From Carpediemonas membranifera BICM (taxonomy: Eukaryota; Protista; Fornicata), in contig JAHDYR010000012.1 of the NCBI GenBank assembly GCA_019828565.1, forward strand, positions 1,178,001 through 1,242,000: a stretch of DNA of 64,000 bases, given 5' to 3'. How positions within the stretch are numbered: position 1 is the stretch's first letter; every line of letters starts with the position of its first letter. A program made the position numbers and the translations under genes. The notes under the pieces were generated by a model. That model was not told the origin of the DNA. It saw only the letters and a program-made list of their open reading frames with translations, and searched no databases. Of this stretch, positions 1-9,929 are shown piece after piece.

Positions 1-61
1 CGGGTGATATCTGGGATCTTCGTTGAAAGTCAAAATTTCTGCAACAATTCGTCAACGAACT

Positions 62-1639
62 ATGCCCGATGAGCTAACGCTGCTTCTAGTTGGCAGTGGA
101 CATGCAAACCTATCATTACTAGCTGTTTTAGCACGGCGTGGACAGGCGAATATTCGTGTTACTGTCGTGTCGCCGTCGCGAACAACATACTTGACGCCGC
201 GGCAAGCATATTGCCTTGCAGACGCTGTTAACCCGAAGAAGGAAGAAAAGAAGACAACTGTTAGTGTTGTGGACTTCTGCCGCTGGTCTGGGGCCCGCTA
301 CATCGAGAGCGAGGTGTCGTCCATCAGCGCATCTTCCAACAAGTCGGTCGCCGTCCTGGCTAACGGCGACGAGGTCCCCTTCGACTATGCGTGCGTGGCC
401 GTGGGGTCGACTTCGCTTGGCCCCGTGTCGCTGCAAAAGCCCCAGCCCGGCGCGCCATCCCTTGCTGTGCCGCTGAGGCCGTACCCGGAGTTCCACAAGG
501 CATTCTCGAAATTCTATGATTCTGTCAAATCTGGAACGATCCGGCTCCGTGGGACCCAGCCCAAGGAGGGCGGCAAGGTGTTCCGGGTGGTGGTCGTCGG
601 GGATGGGCCCCAGGCGGTGGAGACCGCACTTGCTCTCAGGGTGAGGGGCAGGCAGCTTGAGATGGCCCACACAGACACAAAGGTGACCATCAAACTCGTC
701 GGCAGCGAGAGACTCCCGTTCAAGGGCCGTGCAGTTTATGACCGTTTGGACAAGGAGCTAGTTCGGGCAGAAATCCAGTACATCCCGGGGCTGCCCATCG
801 AGAGCGTCACCCATGCGTCTGCCTTCACCCCTGCGAGTGTGAAGATGCAGGACGAATCGATGCTATCCTTTGACCTCGGCGTCATGTGCCTCCCCTCAAC
901 AAGAGCGGACTTGCCCAACTTCGGGCTGCCGGCCGACCCGGAGACAAACAGGTTTACCGTCGAGTCAACCCTGCAGGTGACTGGCATGCCCAACGTCTTC
1001 GCCCTTGGCAGCTGTGCGCTGATGCCCGGCAAGGAACCGCACCCCACGTGGACACACGGGTCGGACATCTCCCTGTCCCAGGGCACACACGTAGCGGGGG
1101 CCATCCTTAAGCTGGCCGCCCGACCCACAGCCAAGGTACCCAAGTTCAAACCCCCCCGCCGCAGCCTGGCCATCATGTCGTTCCTGAGGAAGAGGCCCCG
1201 AGTCATCCTCCCGAGGGGCGGGCCGGACGTGAAGCTGGCCAAGGGCGTGGCGTCCCGCAAGGCGTGGGCTGACCGAGACCGGACCGAGACCCGCCTGTTC
1301 GAGTCGTTCGACATCTACTGCCTCGCCAAGCCCCTCAACCGCCTGGCTTCCTGGGACTACTCGGAGGCCGCCCTGTCCCGCCCAGCGCCCGGTGTGGCAT
1401 CCCCGCCGCCCCGGACCCCGATGTCGCCCGTCCTCGGCGTCCGCTCCCCACCCCCGTCGTCATCGTACAGGCGGCCGTCAGGGGGGTCAGGGCCGGGCCT
1501 CACCGTGCCCCCACCCCCGCCCAGGGGCCCACCCAGCTTGAGGTCGCCCCCGCCGCCGATGTCTGCGTCGTCGCCTTCCATTGGGGCGAGGAAGCTACCA
1601 CCCCCAGCACCGAGCAGGCCACCGCCGATGCTGCGGTGA
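62..1639 (+). CDS. FAD-dependent pyridine nucleotide-disulfide oxidoreductase (NDH-2 / SelD-N-terminal-like) with proline-rich C-terminal tail
   Basis: N-terminal LLLVGSGHA dinucleotide-binding motif, FDYACVAVGS, second VVVVGDG motif, TLQVTGMPNVFALG; poly-Pro tail. First ATG is at 62. Confidence 0.75.
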   Translation: MPDELTLLLVGSGHANLSLLAVLARRGQANIRVTVVSPSRTTYLTPRQAYCLADAVNPKKEEKKTTVSVVDFCRWSGARYIESEVSSISASSNKSVAVLANGDEVPFDYACVAVGSTSLGPVSLQKPQPGAPSLAVPLRPYPEFHKAFSKFYDSVKSGTIRLRGTQPKEGGKVFRVVVVGDGPQAVETALALRVRGRQLEMAHTDTKVTIKLVGSERLPFKGRAVYDRLDKELVRAEIQYIPGLPIESVTHASAFTPASVKMQDESMLSFDLGVMCLPSTRADLPNFGLPADPETNRFTVESTLQVTGMPNVFALGSCALMPGKEPHPTWTHGSDISLSQGTHVAGAILKLAARPTAKVPKFKPPRRSLAIMSFLRKRPRVILPRGGPDVKLAKGVASRKAWADRDRTETRLFESFDIYCLAKPLNRLASWDYSEAALSRPAPGVASPPPRTPMSPVLGVRSPPPSSSYRRPSGGSGPGLTVPPPPPRGPPSLRSPPPPMSASSPSIGARKLPPPAPSRPPPMLR

Positions 1640-1710
1640 ACAGCCCTGCATGTTGAATATTATAGGTAAACGCTCTTAGCGATATCACTTAGCACACTAC
1701 GGTATCCTTG

Positions 1711-3073
1711 ATGCGCTCAAAAACTACCGAAAAGTTGATGGCCGTGGATAAGAGTCGTGAATACAGAGCTCTCATCGATCAGGAGAACAGCAAAATAGCA
1801 GCAAAGAGGGTCGGAAAGCCGTTAGCTAGTGCTAGAAGCACGAGCAAGAGCCCGTTCGTTGTGATTGCGAGAAAACGGCCGATTCTCGCTGGCGATAGCA
1901 CCTTGTTACGTCCTGAGGATGTTATCAATAGCATCTACAGCTGTAGTCCCACCACCTATGTCCATCGATGCCAGGACAACGTCGACACGACCACCGCGAT
2001 CAAGACGACGGCCTTCAAGACCAGCTTCTCCGCCGACGAAGCCACCACCACCGCCCAGCTCTACGACACGCACGTCCGCCCTATCGTCTCCAACGTTGCT
2101 GCTGGCAAGCTGAGGCAGGGCACGATCTTTGCCTACGGCCAGACCGGATCCGGGGTACGCCCTCCTTCCCACGCTCACACAGAAGGTTTGCTGACTCATA
2201 TCATTGCTCACACAGACATTCACTATCTCAGGCATCCTGGGTGCTGCAGTCGCTGACATGTTCCGCCACTCGAGCTCCGTCACGGTCAGTGCGATTGAGA
2301 TGCTCGGCAAGACCATCACAGACGTACACACCGGCGCTCCCGTCTCGATCTGTGAGGTAGGCCGGCATGTAGAGATCCGCGGGGTCTCAGCGGCAATCTG
2401 CCCCACTGAGGCCGACCTGGCCCATCGCGTTGTCCGGGCATCGGAGCTGAGGGCCACGGCGTCCACTGCCCGCAACAGCACGTCGTCCCGGTCACACCTG
2501 GTCTACTCCTTCATGTTCGAGAGCGGGGCTCAGCTCCGGGTGCTGGACCTGGCGGGCAGCGAGAGCACGTGCGACCAGCTCGAGCACGACAAGGACCGCG
2601 TCAAGCAGGCTGCCAGCATCAACACCTCCCTCATGGCACTCAAGGAGTGTCTTCGCCGAGTGGCGGAGGGCAGCGGCTTCGTCCCGTTCCGCCAGGACCC
2701 GTTGACCCTGCTGCTCAAGCCATGCCTCGACAGGACCAAGGGCAAGCTGCCGCCCGTGCCCGACACCGCCGTCATCGTCACGGTCTCGCCGCTGCAGCGG
2801 GACTGCCGACAGTCGGTCGCCTCGCTGCGGTACGGGGCCCTGTTGTGCTCGGCCGCGGACCACAAGGACGAGGGCCTGATGGCGTGGGGTAAGGAGCAGA
2901 CGGCTATGTGGGTCGAGACGACGCTCGGGTTCTGCCCCGATCCTGTACGGAACCTACCGGCGAAGCGGCTGTTCACTATGACTGTCGAGCAGCTTAAGCG
3001 GTTGATTGGAAAGGACCAGGCGGGACAGGCGCTGTACGATGAGATTTACAAGCTCAAGCGGGCCAGGCGGTAG
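1711..3073 (+). CDS. Kinesin motor (kinesin-13-like) with C-terminal SAM/PNT-like domain; exons 1711-2154, 2183-2185, 2216-3073
   Basis: ARKRPI, IFAYGQTGSG-K-TFT P-loop after splicing, NSTSSRSH switch I, LDLAGSE switch II, INTSLMALKEC, VPFR. Introns 2155-2182 and 2186-2215. Confidence 0.88.
2183..2185 (+). other. 3-nt microexon (AAG, Lys) of the kinesin P-loop
   Basis: Flanked by gtacgc...gctcacacag (28 nt) and gtttgc...gctcacacag (30 nt); including it restores GQTGSGKT. Confidence 0.85.
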
Positions 3074-3252
3074 GCACGTTGATTGGATCATTTGCCCGTA
3101 AACTAGAATGACACGGCATGGTTGGACATGGGCGGGTGGCGGTACTCAAGAGGTTCGCTATCGCTGGTCTCTGACATCCTGCGAAACCATGCTGTAGATT
3201 TTGCCGCCCGGAAGATGATCCGACTTTGGCGCGAGTCCCACCAATTGCGCCA

Positions 3253-3933
3253 ATGCTTGTTCTCTGTCTCGAAGGTGCCCACGGCACTGGGAAAAGTACC
3301 ATTATTGATCAGCTTCGGAAGCTCGGCGTGAATGTCCTCGACGAGGCCTTCATCGGCATGCCCTCGTACAACGTTCACCCCCAATCGCTCTGTATGGAGT
3401 CCATATGGCTCTCTCACTGGTTCGAACGCCTCCTGAAGCTCCAACAAACCAACCCCGATGATCTCTTCGTCTGTGATCGTTCCCCATATTGCGCCGAGCT
3501 GTACACTGCGAAGGGACGCTACGGTGCCGTCCTCGAGCCCTTCATCCGGGCCCAGATCGAGGAGCTCAAGGCCTCTGCGGGCATTGAGATCTACACTGTG
3601 AACATCACCGTCGAGCGGCAGACGCTTTGGGACCGCATCCAGGCCCGCCTCGCCCTGGAGCCCCATCGCCAGCAGTTCAACGAGGACTCGTACGAGTGGC
3701 TGACGACCGTGCTCGACTGGTACGAGGCCCACCGGTGGGACTTCAGCGTCGAGAACAACGGCGACATGGCGAACGACGCTGATGCCATCCTCGGCGTGAT
3801 CCGCAGTATGCTTGGGCAGATCCACAAGAGCGTACCCGCGTTTCGCGAATATGCTGCGTCTCCAGTGTCGCCAATCGTTGGAGGCGACCTAGCGGAGCAG
3901 GTCCGCTTCAGGACTGAGTTCAGACCCGTGTGA
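3253..3933 (+). CDS. P-loop nucleoside/nucleotide kinase (thymidylate/deoxynucleoside kinase-like)
   Basis: LCLEGAHGTGKST Walker A, CDRSP motif, lid RIQARL. Confidence 0.8.
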   Translation: MLVLCLEGAHGTGKSTIIDQLRKLGVNVLDEAFIGMPSYNVHPQSLCMESIWLSHWFERLLKLQQTNPDDLFVCDRSPYCAELYTAKGRYGAVLEPFIRAQIEELKASAGIEIYTVNITVERQTLWDRIQARLALEPHRQQFNEDSYEWLTTVLDWYEAHRWDFSVENNGDMANDADAILGVIRSMLGQIHKSVPAFREYAASPVSPIVGGDLAEQVRFRTEFRPV

Positions 3934-4191
3934 GGGTCGCTGTATAGTTATAAAGGAGCGCGGCATGATGGCTGGTTGATATGGCGTTGACCTGAGACCT
4001 GTGAGGCCGGGGCCGGTGGTTCACACGGCGTAAAAAAGTTGGGACAATGCTGTGAGTGACTCCTCTGTGGGCCCTTATACCGCATTGACAGGACTGGACA
4101 GGCTACTTGAAGCCCACTTGTCTCACTTTTCGATATACATTATCAGCTGGGTTGATAAATTTCCTTCACGTATATGCCTGGCAGGGACAAC

Positions 4192-4647
4192 ATGGCTGAT
4201 CAACGCAAGACGCTAGATCGTGCTTTCCACGATCAGAGACAACGCCTTCTTAAGGATCAGGACTCTATCAACGATATGGAGGAAGGTCTTGGCAACGCCA
4301 TGACCACAGCCACCAACACAGCGACATTAGGCAAAGACGCACTCACAGAGCTCAAGAGGCAGCACGAAGAGCTTAAGGGCGCGCAGGACGGTATTGGCCG
4401 TATCGGTGATAACGTCAAGAAGGCCAACAGACTGACGTTCATGATGATCCTCCGCGAATGGAAGATCCGCATCATCCTGATGATTGTGCTGCTCATCCAG
4501 CTCCTATTCATCCTCGTCATGCTTTACTTCCGCTGGGTGAATCCCACGCTCAAATGTCTGCCCGATTCCATCAAGCCCTTCCTGACGCTGTGCTGGGGCT
4601 CGTTCGGCAGGAAGCACGGCCATTGCGAGTGTATGTCGTGGCCATGA
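4192..4647 (+). CDS. Q-SNARE (Qb/Vti1-like) with C-terminal transmembrane helix
   Basis: Heptad SNARE motif with central Q (ELKRQHEEL), followed by hydrophobic IILMIVLLIQLLFILVMLYF. Alternative start at 4174. Confidence 0.75.
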   Translation: MADQRKTLDRAFHDQRQRLLKDQDSINDMEEGLGNAMTTATNTATLGKDALTELKRQHEELKGAQDGIGRIGDNVKKANRLTFMMILREWKIRIILMIVLLIQLLFILVMLYFRWVNPTLKCLPDSIKPFLTLCWGSFGRKHGHCECMSWP

Positions 4648-4853
4648 TCGCCGTTTCTTGTTAGTTTGGTAAATATGTTCGTCCACTCCGGTCTCTGTCT
4701 GTGTGAGTCCGCTCCGATACAAGACTTGCCCTCGCGACCGCCTTTTGCGGCCAGGCTATCACTAACAGTCACTATGTGACTCAATTCCTTCTCTCGCCTG
4801 AGGCTATTCCTCACTGACGCGCGATTTATGGTGTCGACGTAATTTCGCGCACG

Positions 4854-5624
4854 ATGAACAGATCGGGTGGAACGAAGCCTCCGAGAGGCCCACGCATCGA
4901 TTCTGGATTCAACTCTATCAAGGCTGCCAAGAGAAATGGCCCTGACTACAAGATTAACGCCCGCTTCCAAAAGGTCACTGAGTTCAAACGCATTCGTCTC
5001 TCTTCTCTTGCCGCGTGGATGAACATCGCCAAGGAGGATTTTGAGCGCCCCGAAACCTTCGACAGTGGCGAATCTGTCTTTGATGCTGCTCCCGACCAGC
5101 CCCGCCCAGTCCACAAGCCGCCGTCGATCATGTCCATGGCGGAAACCGAGGCCACTGCCGTCTCTGGCCCCATCCCGCACATCTTCATGCCCGCATTGTA
5201 CTTCCCCCGCGACGAGGAGACGGGCGCTGCTCTCCGGCCCAAGGTCCCTATGGGAACCAGGGAGGCCGTCGTCCTCGACCTCAGGGAGCCCGAGGAGTAC
5301 GAGAAGCTCCACATATGGGGATCGTACCCCTATCACCACGTCAACCTCAACAAGAGCGTCAACCCCCTTGACAACGACCTTTACTTGTTCTTCAAACGGG
5401 GGGACGGCATGACCGTCCTCGTCGGAGATGAAGACACTCCCATCGAGGATGCAGGGAAGCGTCTGGTCGAGCTTGGTGCTCCCACCGTGATCGTGCTGAA
5501 GCAGTTCTTCCTCGACTTTGCGGTGGCCGCCCCCCAGCTGCTCGAGGGCACAGAGGCCGCGGATTTCAACGTTTCAGAGACTATTAAGAGGCGCGCGAAG
5601 GAAGGCAAGGCTAGGCGGAGGTAA
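4854..5624 (+). CDS. CEP41: CEP41-like rhodanese-domain ciliary/centrosomal protein
   Basis: PRIDSG, EFKRIRLSSLA and VLDLREPEEYEKLHIWGSYPY...SVNP follow the CEP41 layout. Confidence 0.7.
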   Translation: MNRSGGTKPPRGPRIDSGFNSIKAAKRNGPDYKINARFQKVTEFKRIRLSSLAAWMNIAKEDFERPETFDSGESVFDAAPDQPRPVHKPPSIMSMAETEATAVSGPIPHIFMPALYFPRDEETGAALRPKVPMGTREAVVLDLREPEEYEKLHIWGSYPYHHVNLNKSVNPLDNDLYLFFKRGDGMTVLVGDEDTPIEDAGKRLVELGAPTVIVLKQFFLDFAVAAPQLLEGTEAADFNVSETIKRRAKEGKARRR

Positions 5625-5809
5625 GGTACGGTAAATGGCATAGTATCCAAGGGTTTGGTCGAGTTGTGACCATCCATGATCACCTCTATGACCCGGACTC
5701 CTTGACCCAGTGACGCTGCAACACTCATACCTGTTGTCCTAACCACTGAGCTACAAAAGGCTCTAGAGGACAATACCGTAATCTCAATTTTTACACGCTC
5801 ACGTAAACA

Positions 5810-6028
5810 TCAGCAAAACCGCGCCCCGCGCGGCATGAGGTGACTTGTTGCCTGGTTAGATGGCCGCCGAAGCAGCCCCCACCTGGCCCCGGTAGACTTG
5901 AAGATAGTGTAGTTGTCCCGGATGAGAGACGCCGCGATGTCTCCCAGCATGCGGTCTCGGGCCCACTTGCCGTTCACCGCCTCATTCTGACGCTTGAGGA
6001 TCTGGAGCAGGCGTCCGAATCCGTCCAT
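5810..6028 (-). CDS. Small hypothetical protein (72 aa)
   Basis: ATG-started ORF divergent from HPS4, followed by gtgtaaaa (putative poly(A) signal) about 15 nt after the stop. Confidence 0.35.
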   Translation of the reverse strand: MDGFGRLLQILKRQNEAVNGKWARDRMLGDIAASLIRDNYTIFKSTGARWGLLRRPSNQATSHLMPRGARFC

Positions 6029-6063
6029 CCTACCGTAATCTGCGCGGTCTTGATCCCTTGATC

Positions 6064-7791
6064 ATGCTGTTTGTGAAGGAATGGATCGCGGTATTCACGG
6101 AAGAGAAGCTTGGCGACGAACTAGTATACAATGTGCTACACTTCTGGCCTCGAGATGACTCTCTCCAGTCTGATGCGTTGCGAGATGAGCGTGAGGTCTC
6201 ATTTATCAAACAATACGGCACCACCTGGGCAATGTATGCGCATAATTGTGACGATGATGATGAACTAGAGTATATTTCGAACACGCATTGCATCTCGACA
6301 CTTCGCTCCTCGGGTCCCTACCAGATATCCATGGGAATGAAGCCCTACATCCCCCCTCACATCCTCAAACAGAACGCGGACTACGCCCTGGCCCTCTTCG
6401 AGTTCCTCCTGGGCCCGCCCACAGCCCACAGGCCCCGCGACCAGGTTGTCGAGGTGGCCGCAGTTCTCGGCAAGCACTTCGCCGCGCAGGCTCTGCATCT
6501 CTACCGGTTCGCGAACCTGGTGCCGCACACGCCACTCCCACCCCACAAGGTGATGGTGTTCAATATGGCGAGTCAGCTGGTCCGCAAGACGGCCTTCCAG
6601 GTCCCCCACGTCATCGGGTCCGCGGTGTTCTACGGCGGTTCCGTGTTCTACACCCAGTTCAACCCCGGGCTGACGGAGCTCCTCATCACCGGTGTGGCGG
6701 CCCACCTGGCGCCCATGGACATCCCCCCGGACGGTGTCAGCATCGTCTGGCCCTGCTACATCCCGCCCCAGGTCCGGAGGGAGCTCATGACAAGGGAGAC
6801 CACACTCCGGCGGGAGTTCGGGGAGGACCACCTCGACCTCCTCGGGCTGCTGGGTCTGCAGCCCGAGTCGACGGCGTCCCCCAAGTCGAGCCTGCCCCCC
6901 GCCATGTTCAGCGACACGGACACGGAGGCAGACGGCGACTCGAGCCTCGGGACGCCCATCACGAACGACTTCACCGCTGACCCCGCTGCGGCCGGCCTTC
7001 TCCAGACTCCCAGGCCGACAGAGGAGCTCGAGTCGCTCGACTTTGCCGCGTCCATACAGCGGACACCGCTGGCGTCGGTGCCTGAGTCCGACGACATGGC
7101 TGATGCTGAGAGTTCGAGCCACGCGAGGGCTGAGACGCTGTGCTCATTTGCCGACGGGGCGGACGAGCACGAGTCGCAGCACGACGCCCCCGTGGATATG
7201 TTCGACATGTGTGACACCATGGACGATATGCAGGACGTGTTCGTTCACTGCAGAGGGCCGCTGGTGTTCGTGTGTGTCGCCGCAAAGGGTGCGTTCGCCG
7301 ACCTGACGCCCGCCAGTATGAGCGTGTCTGCTGGCAAGATCTTCCCTAGCCTGCTCCAGAACCTGAAGAACATTGTGCCGGACGCCCCGCCGTTCCCTAT
7401 CGTCGAGCCGGACATCGGAGTGAATGAGATCCCCGTTCACTCCGACGACAATCGGCAGCCGCTGAGGCCGGATGTGCTGCTGTTCACTACAGAGAAGCTG
7501 ACGGGTGAGATCTCGGGCAACCTAGACCCCTGCATGACGCCGCTCAGGGGGGCGGCCCCCTTCGAGTGTCAGTTCAGTCTCAACTCGATGCAGTCTGTGG
7601 ACGAGCTCACCGCAAACCCCGCCCTGAGCCACATCGTCCAGCGCAGCAGCATTGGACGGGTGAACGGGCACCGCATCAACGGGCAGATGGTGCACACGTT
7701 CACGCCTTACAGCAGCGACCGGGTTGACAGCGGCATGGGGGCCGCCCACGACGCCTGCTACTACATTGGCGGTACGCTGTCGCTGATCTGA
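6064..7791 (+). CDS. HPS4: HPS4/CCZ1-family longin protein (probably BLOC-3 subunit HPS4)
   Basis: N-terminal longin VLHFWP; VPHVIGSAVFYGGSVFYTQFNPGLT resembles the HPS4 second longin region ([25 protein letters not shown]); long acidic insert as in HPS4. Confidence 0.6.
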   Translation: MLFVKEWIAVFTEEKLGDELVYNVLHFWPRDDSLQSDALRDEREVSFIKQYGTTWAMYAHNCDDDDELEYISNTHCISTLRSSGPYQISMGMKPYIPPHILKQNADYALALFEFLLGPPTAHRPRDQVVEVAAVLGKHFAAQALHLYRFANLVPHTPLPPHKVMVFNMASQLVRKTAFQVPHVIGSAVFYGGSVFYTQFNPGLTELLITGVAAHLAPMDIPPDGVSIVWPCYIPPQVRRELMTRETTLRREFGEDHLDLLGLLGLQPESTASPKSSLPPAMFSDTDTEADGDSSLGTPITNDFTADPAAAGLLQTPRPTEELESLDFAASIQRTPLASVPESDDMADAESSSHARAETLCSFADGADEHESQHDAPVDMFDMCDTMDDMQDVFVHCRGPLVFVCVAAKGAFADLTPASMSVSAGKIFPSLLQNLKNIVPDAPPFPIVEPDIGVNEIPVHSDDNRQPLRPDVLLFTTEKLTGEISGNLDPCMTPLRGAAPFECQFSLNSMQSVDELTANPALSHIVQRSSIGRVNGHRINGQMVHTFTPYSSDRVDSGMGAAHDACYYIGGTLSLI

Positions 7792-7871
7792 GGCTTGTAG
7801 AGTACTTTAGAACGTAAACTTGTCGTCATGGCGTTGCCGAACTTGTGGTGCACATTGCAACGACCAAGGGT

Positions 7872-9446
7872 ATGTCGGCATCGGAGAGGCCTGAGGCCGT
7901 GTACCAGGGCAGAAACAAGATATCATCAACACTGTCGTACAAACAATCGAAGAACTTATGGGGAGAGCGCCTCTCCATGTCCAACCGGCATGTTCGCCAG
8001 GTTGCCAGCGGTAGGAGCATCGGAAGCCTCAATCAAGCAGTTTCTAGCCCCGAAAGGATGATTGATAAGCAGACAAACCCTCGGCAGCGCGCAGAGGCGG
8101 CCCAGGTGTTGAATAACATCCAGCGTTATTTGGAAACCCCCGAAGTTCTGGAGAGCATCCGGCGTAGGGCCCACAGCGTCATGGGAATCACCCGTACCGC
8201 CACACAGAAGCCCGCTGAGCATGATGATTCGCGAAGCAAGGCAGGCCGTTGGGTGGTGAAGCCCCTATTTGCCGGCGCCGACTTCCTCAACAACAGGGTG
8301 CCCGCGGGCCTGGACGACTGGGTAACGCGGGAGAGGGCCATCACCCGCGTCCTCAAGAAGGGCAAGGAGGCCGAGCGGCACCGCAAGATGATGGAGCACA
8401 CTGCGGCCCGGGCCCGGGGCAGGGCGACCAAGACGCGGGCAGACGCGTACTATGAGGAGCAGCGGGCACGGCGGGAGCAGCAGATCCAGCAGAATATGGA
8501 CCGCGGCGTGGACATCGACAAGGAGGAGCGGGTCGAACGGATGCGGCAGCTGCGGCAGACCATGTTCCCCAACAGTTATAACATGCTGCGACGGCACTCC
8601 GAAAAGCTGCCAGACGACCCAGACGAGCTTCTCAAGGTCGCGGTGGCCAAGCAGCTGTCCTCACCCGCCGAGCTGCGCTGGAGCGACGCCTTCCGGGCTC
8701 GGACAGACTGCGAGGCTGTTCCCCAGCTGGAGATGTCTCCTGACGACATTGTGGGGTCGATGGTCTCCCGGTTCGAGGCCTATCACATCCAGGACATGCT
8801 GCACATGGCACCCGAGGAGATCCGCAGGGTAGCTGACGTCAAGGCCCAGCTGTTCAAGGCCAGGAGGAAGCTGGACGCCGCCACGGGGGCCATCAAGCAG
8901 CAGATGGAGCGGCTGGTGTCCGACCAGGTGCGGCTCGAGCACCAGGCCGCGGACCAGACGGTGCCCGACGAGGAGTTCGAGCTGGCCCTGCCCGACACGG
9001 TGCAGGATACGCCTGTTGTACCTGGCGCCCGGGCCGGATCTGGGCTGTCTGACACCCCCGACGTCAGGACTCTGGCCCAGGCCATGGGCCGGACCCCGAT
9101 AGCCCCGATAGATGAGGACGCAGGGGGGCCCAGGAGGGCTGAGGCCGAGTCCGATCCAGAGAGGCCGGCCCCGACGCCAGAGATGCGGGTGCGGGCCCAC
9201 TCCCGGATCGAGCAGCTGCAGCGGACGGTGGAAGGCGAACTGAGCGCCATCGCAGACAGGGCCCGACGCCACGAACCCTTGCCGACTCTCTCGCCGGCCA
9301 AGTTCCACTCGTACGACGACGAGACGGCCTCCATCAGACGGGCGATGGCGGCTGAGCAGCGGATGGGGGCGAGGATGGTGAAGGACCGGTGGCGCGCGGC
9401 AGTGGGGCGGGGGAGTCCGGAGAGGGCGGCCAGTTCGATGCTATGA
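7872..9446 (+). CDS. Hypothetical coiled-coil protein
   Basis: Long ORF with GC3-rich codons, charged helical stretches and gtaaac after the stop. Confidence 0.7.
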   Translation: MSASERPEAVYQGRNKISSTLSYKQSKNLWGERLSMSNRHVRQVASGRSIGSLNQAVSSPERMIDKQTNPRQRAEAAQVLNNIQRYLETPEVLESIRRRAHSVMGITRTATQKPAEHDDSRSKAGRWVVKPLFAGADFLNNRVPAGLDDWVTRERAITRVLKKGKEAERHRKMMEHTAARARGRATKTRADAYYEEQRARREQQIQQNMDRGVDIDKEERVERMRQLRQTMFPNSYNMLRRHSEKLPDDPDELLKVAVAKQLSSPAELRWSDAFRARTDCEAVPQLEMSPDDIVGSMVSRFEAYHIQDMLHMAPEEIRRVADVKAQLFKARRKLDAATGAIKQQMERLVSDQVRLEHQAADQTVPDEEFELALPDTVQDTPVVPGARAGSGLSDTPDVRTLAQAMGRTPIAPIDEDAGGPRRAEAESDPERPAPTPEMRVRAHSRIEQLQRTVEGELSAIADRARRHEPLPTLSPAKFHSYDDETASIRRAMAAEQRMGARMVKDRWRAAVGRGSPERAASSML

Positions 9447-9929
9447 CCGGGGTGTGCTTCTTTATTTCTCTCGTAAACCCGTCATGGCCTGTCTGCCCGA
9501 CCTGTCACAACTGGCATGACTTAGGCGTATCTGCGGCAGTAGTGGCCTTCTCCAAGCATCCGGGCGTCCTGCTGGAGTCGTGCGGCGTCAACGGCAGGGG
9601 GTGCCGCGGGAGACCATCGTGAGAAGTCTGCGATGGGGCTCCATGGAGACGGCCCTGACGCTCGGAAAGCACGGCTGACGTAGTCCTACCATACAGCGTT
9701 CTTGGGTGTCACGATCCCTGACACCTACCGTCCATGACACCGATCGATCGAGAAGTGATGTTCAGTTTAAGTGATATCAAGTGCCAAAAAGCGGTGGACA
9801 GGGGGCACTTGGGCTGCTAAGAACGATAGGGGTCTAGATCGGGTGATTGAATCGGCCCAAATCTGAAAAAGATCCGATTGTCAAGAGCCCGCGGCAGCAG
9901 CCGGTCGATCATCTCCAACGACCGACGAG

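Noticed and set aside
2155-2215. Single 61-nt intron in the kinesin
   Set aside because: It would delete the invariant P-loop Lys and is about twice the typical intron length here. Two consensus introns fit better.
4030-4070. U6-like ACAGAG...AGC followed by a T run on the minus strand
   Set aside because: Spacing is wrong and there is no room for the internal stem-loop.
9620-9645. RNase MRP/P-like words (gagaagtctg, atggggct)
   Set aside because: The complementary P4 partner strands are absent or in the wrong order.
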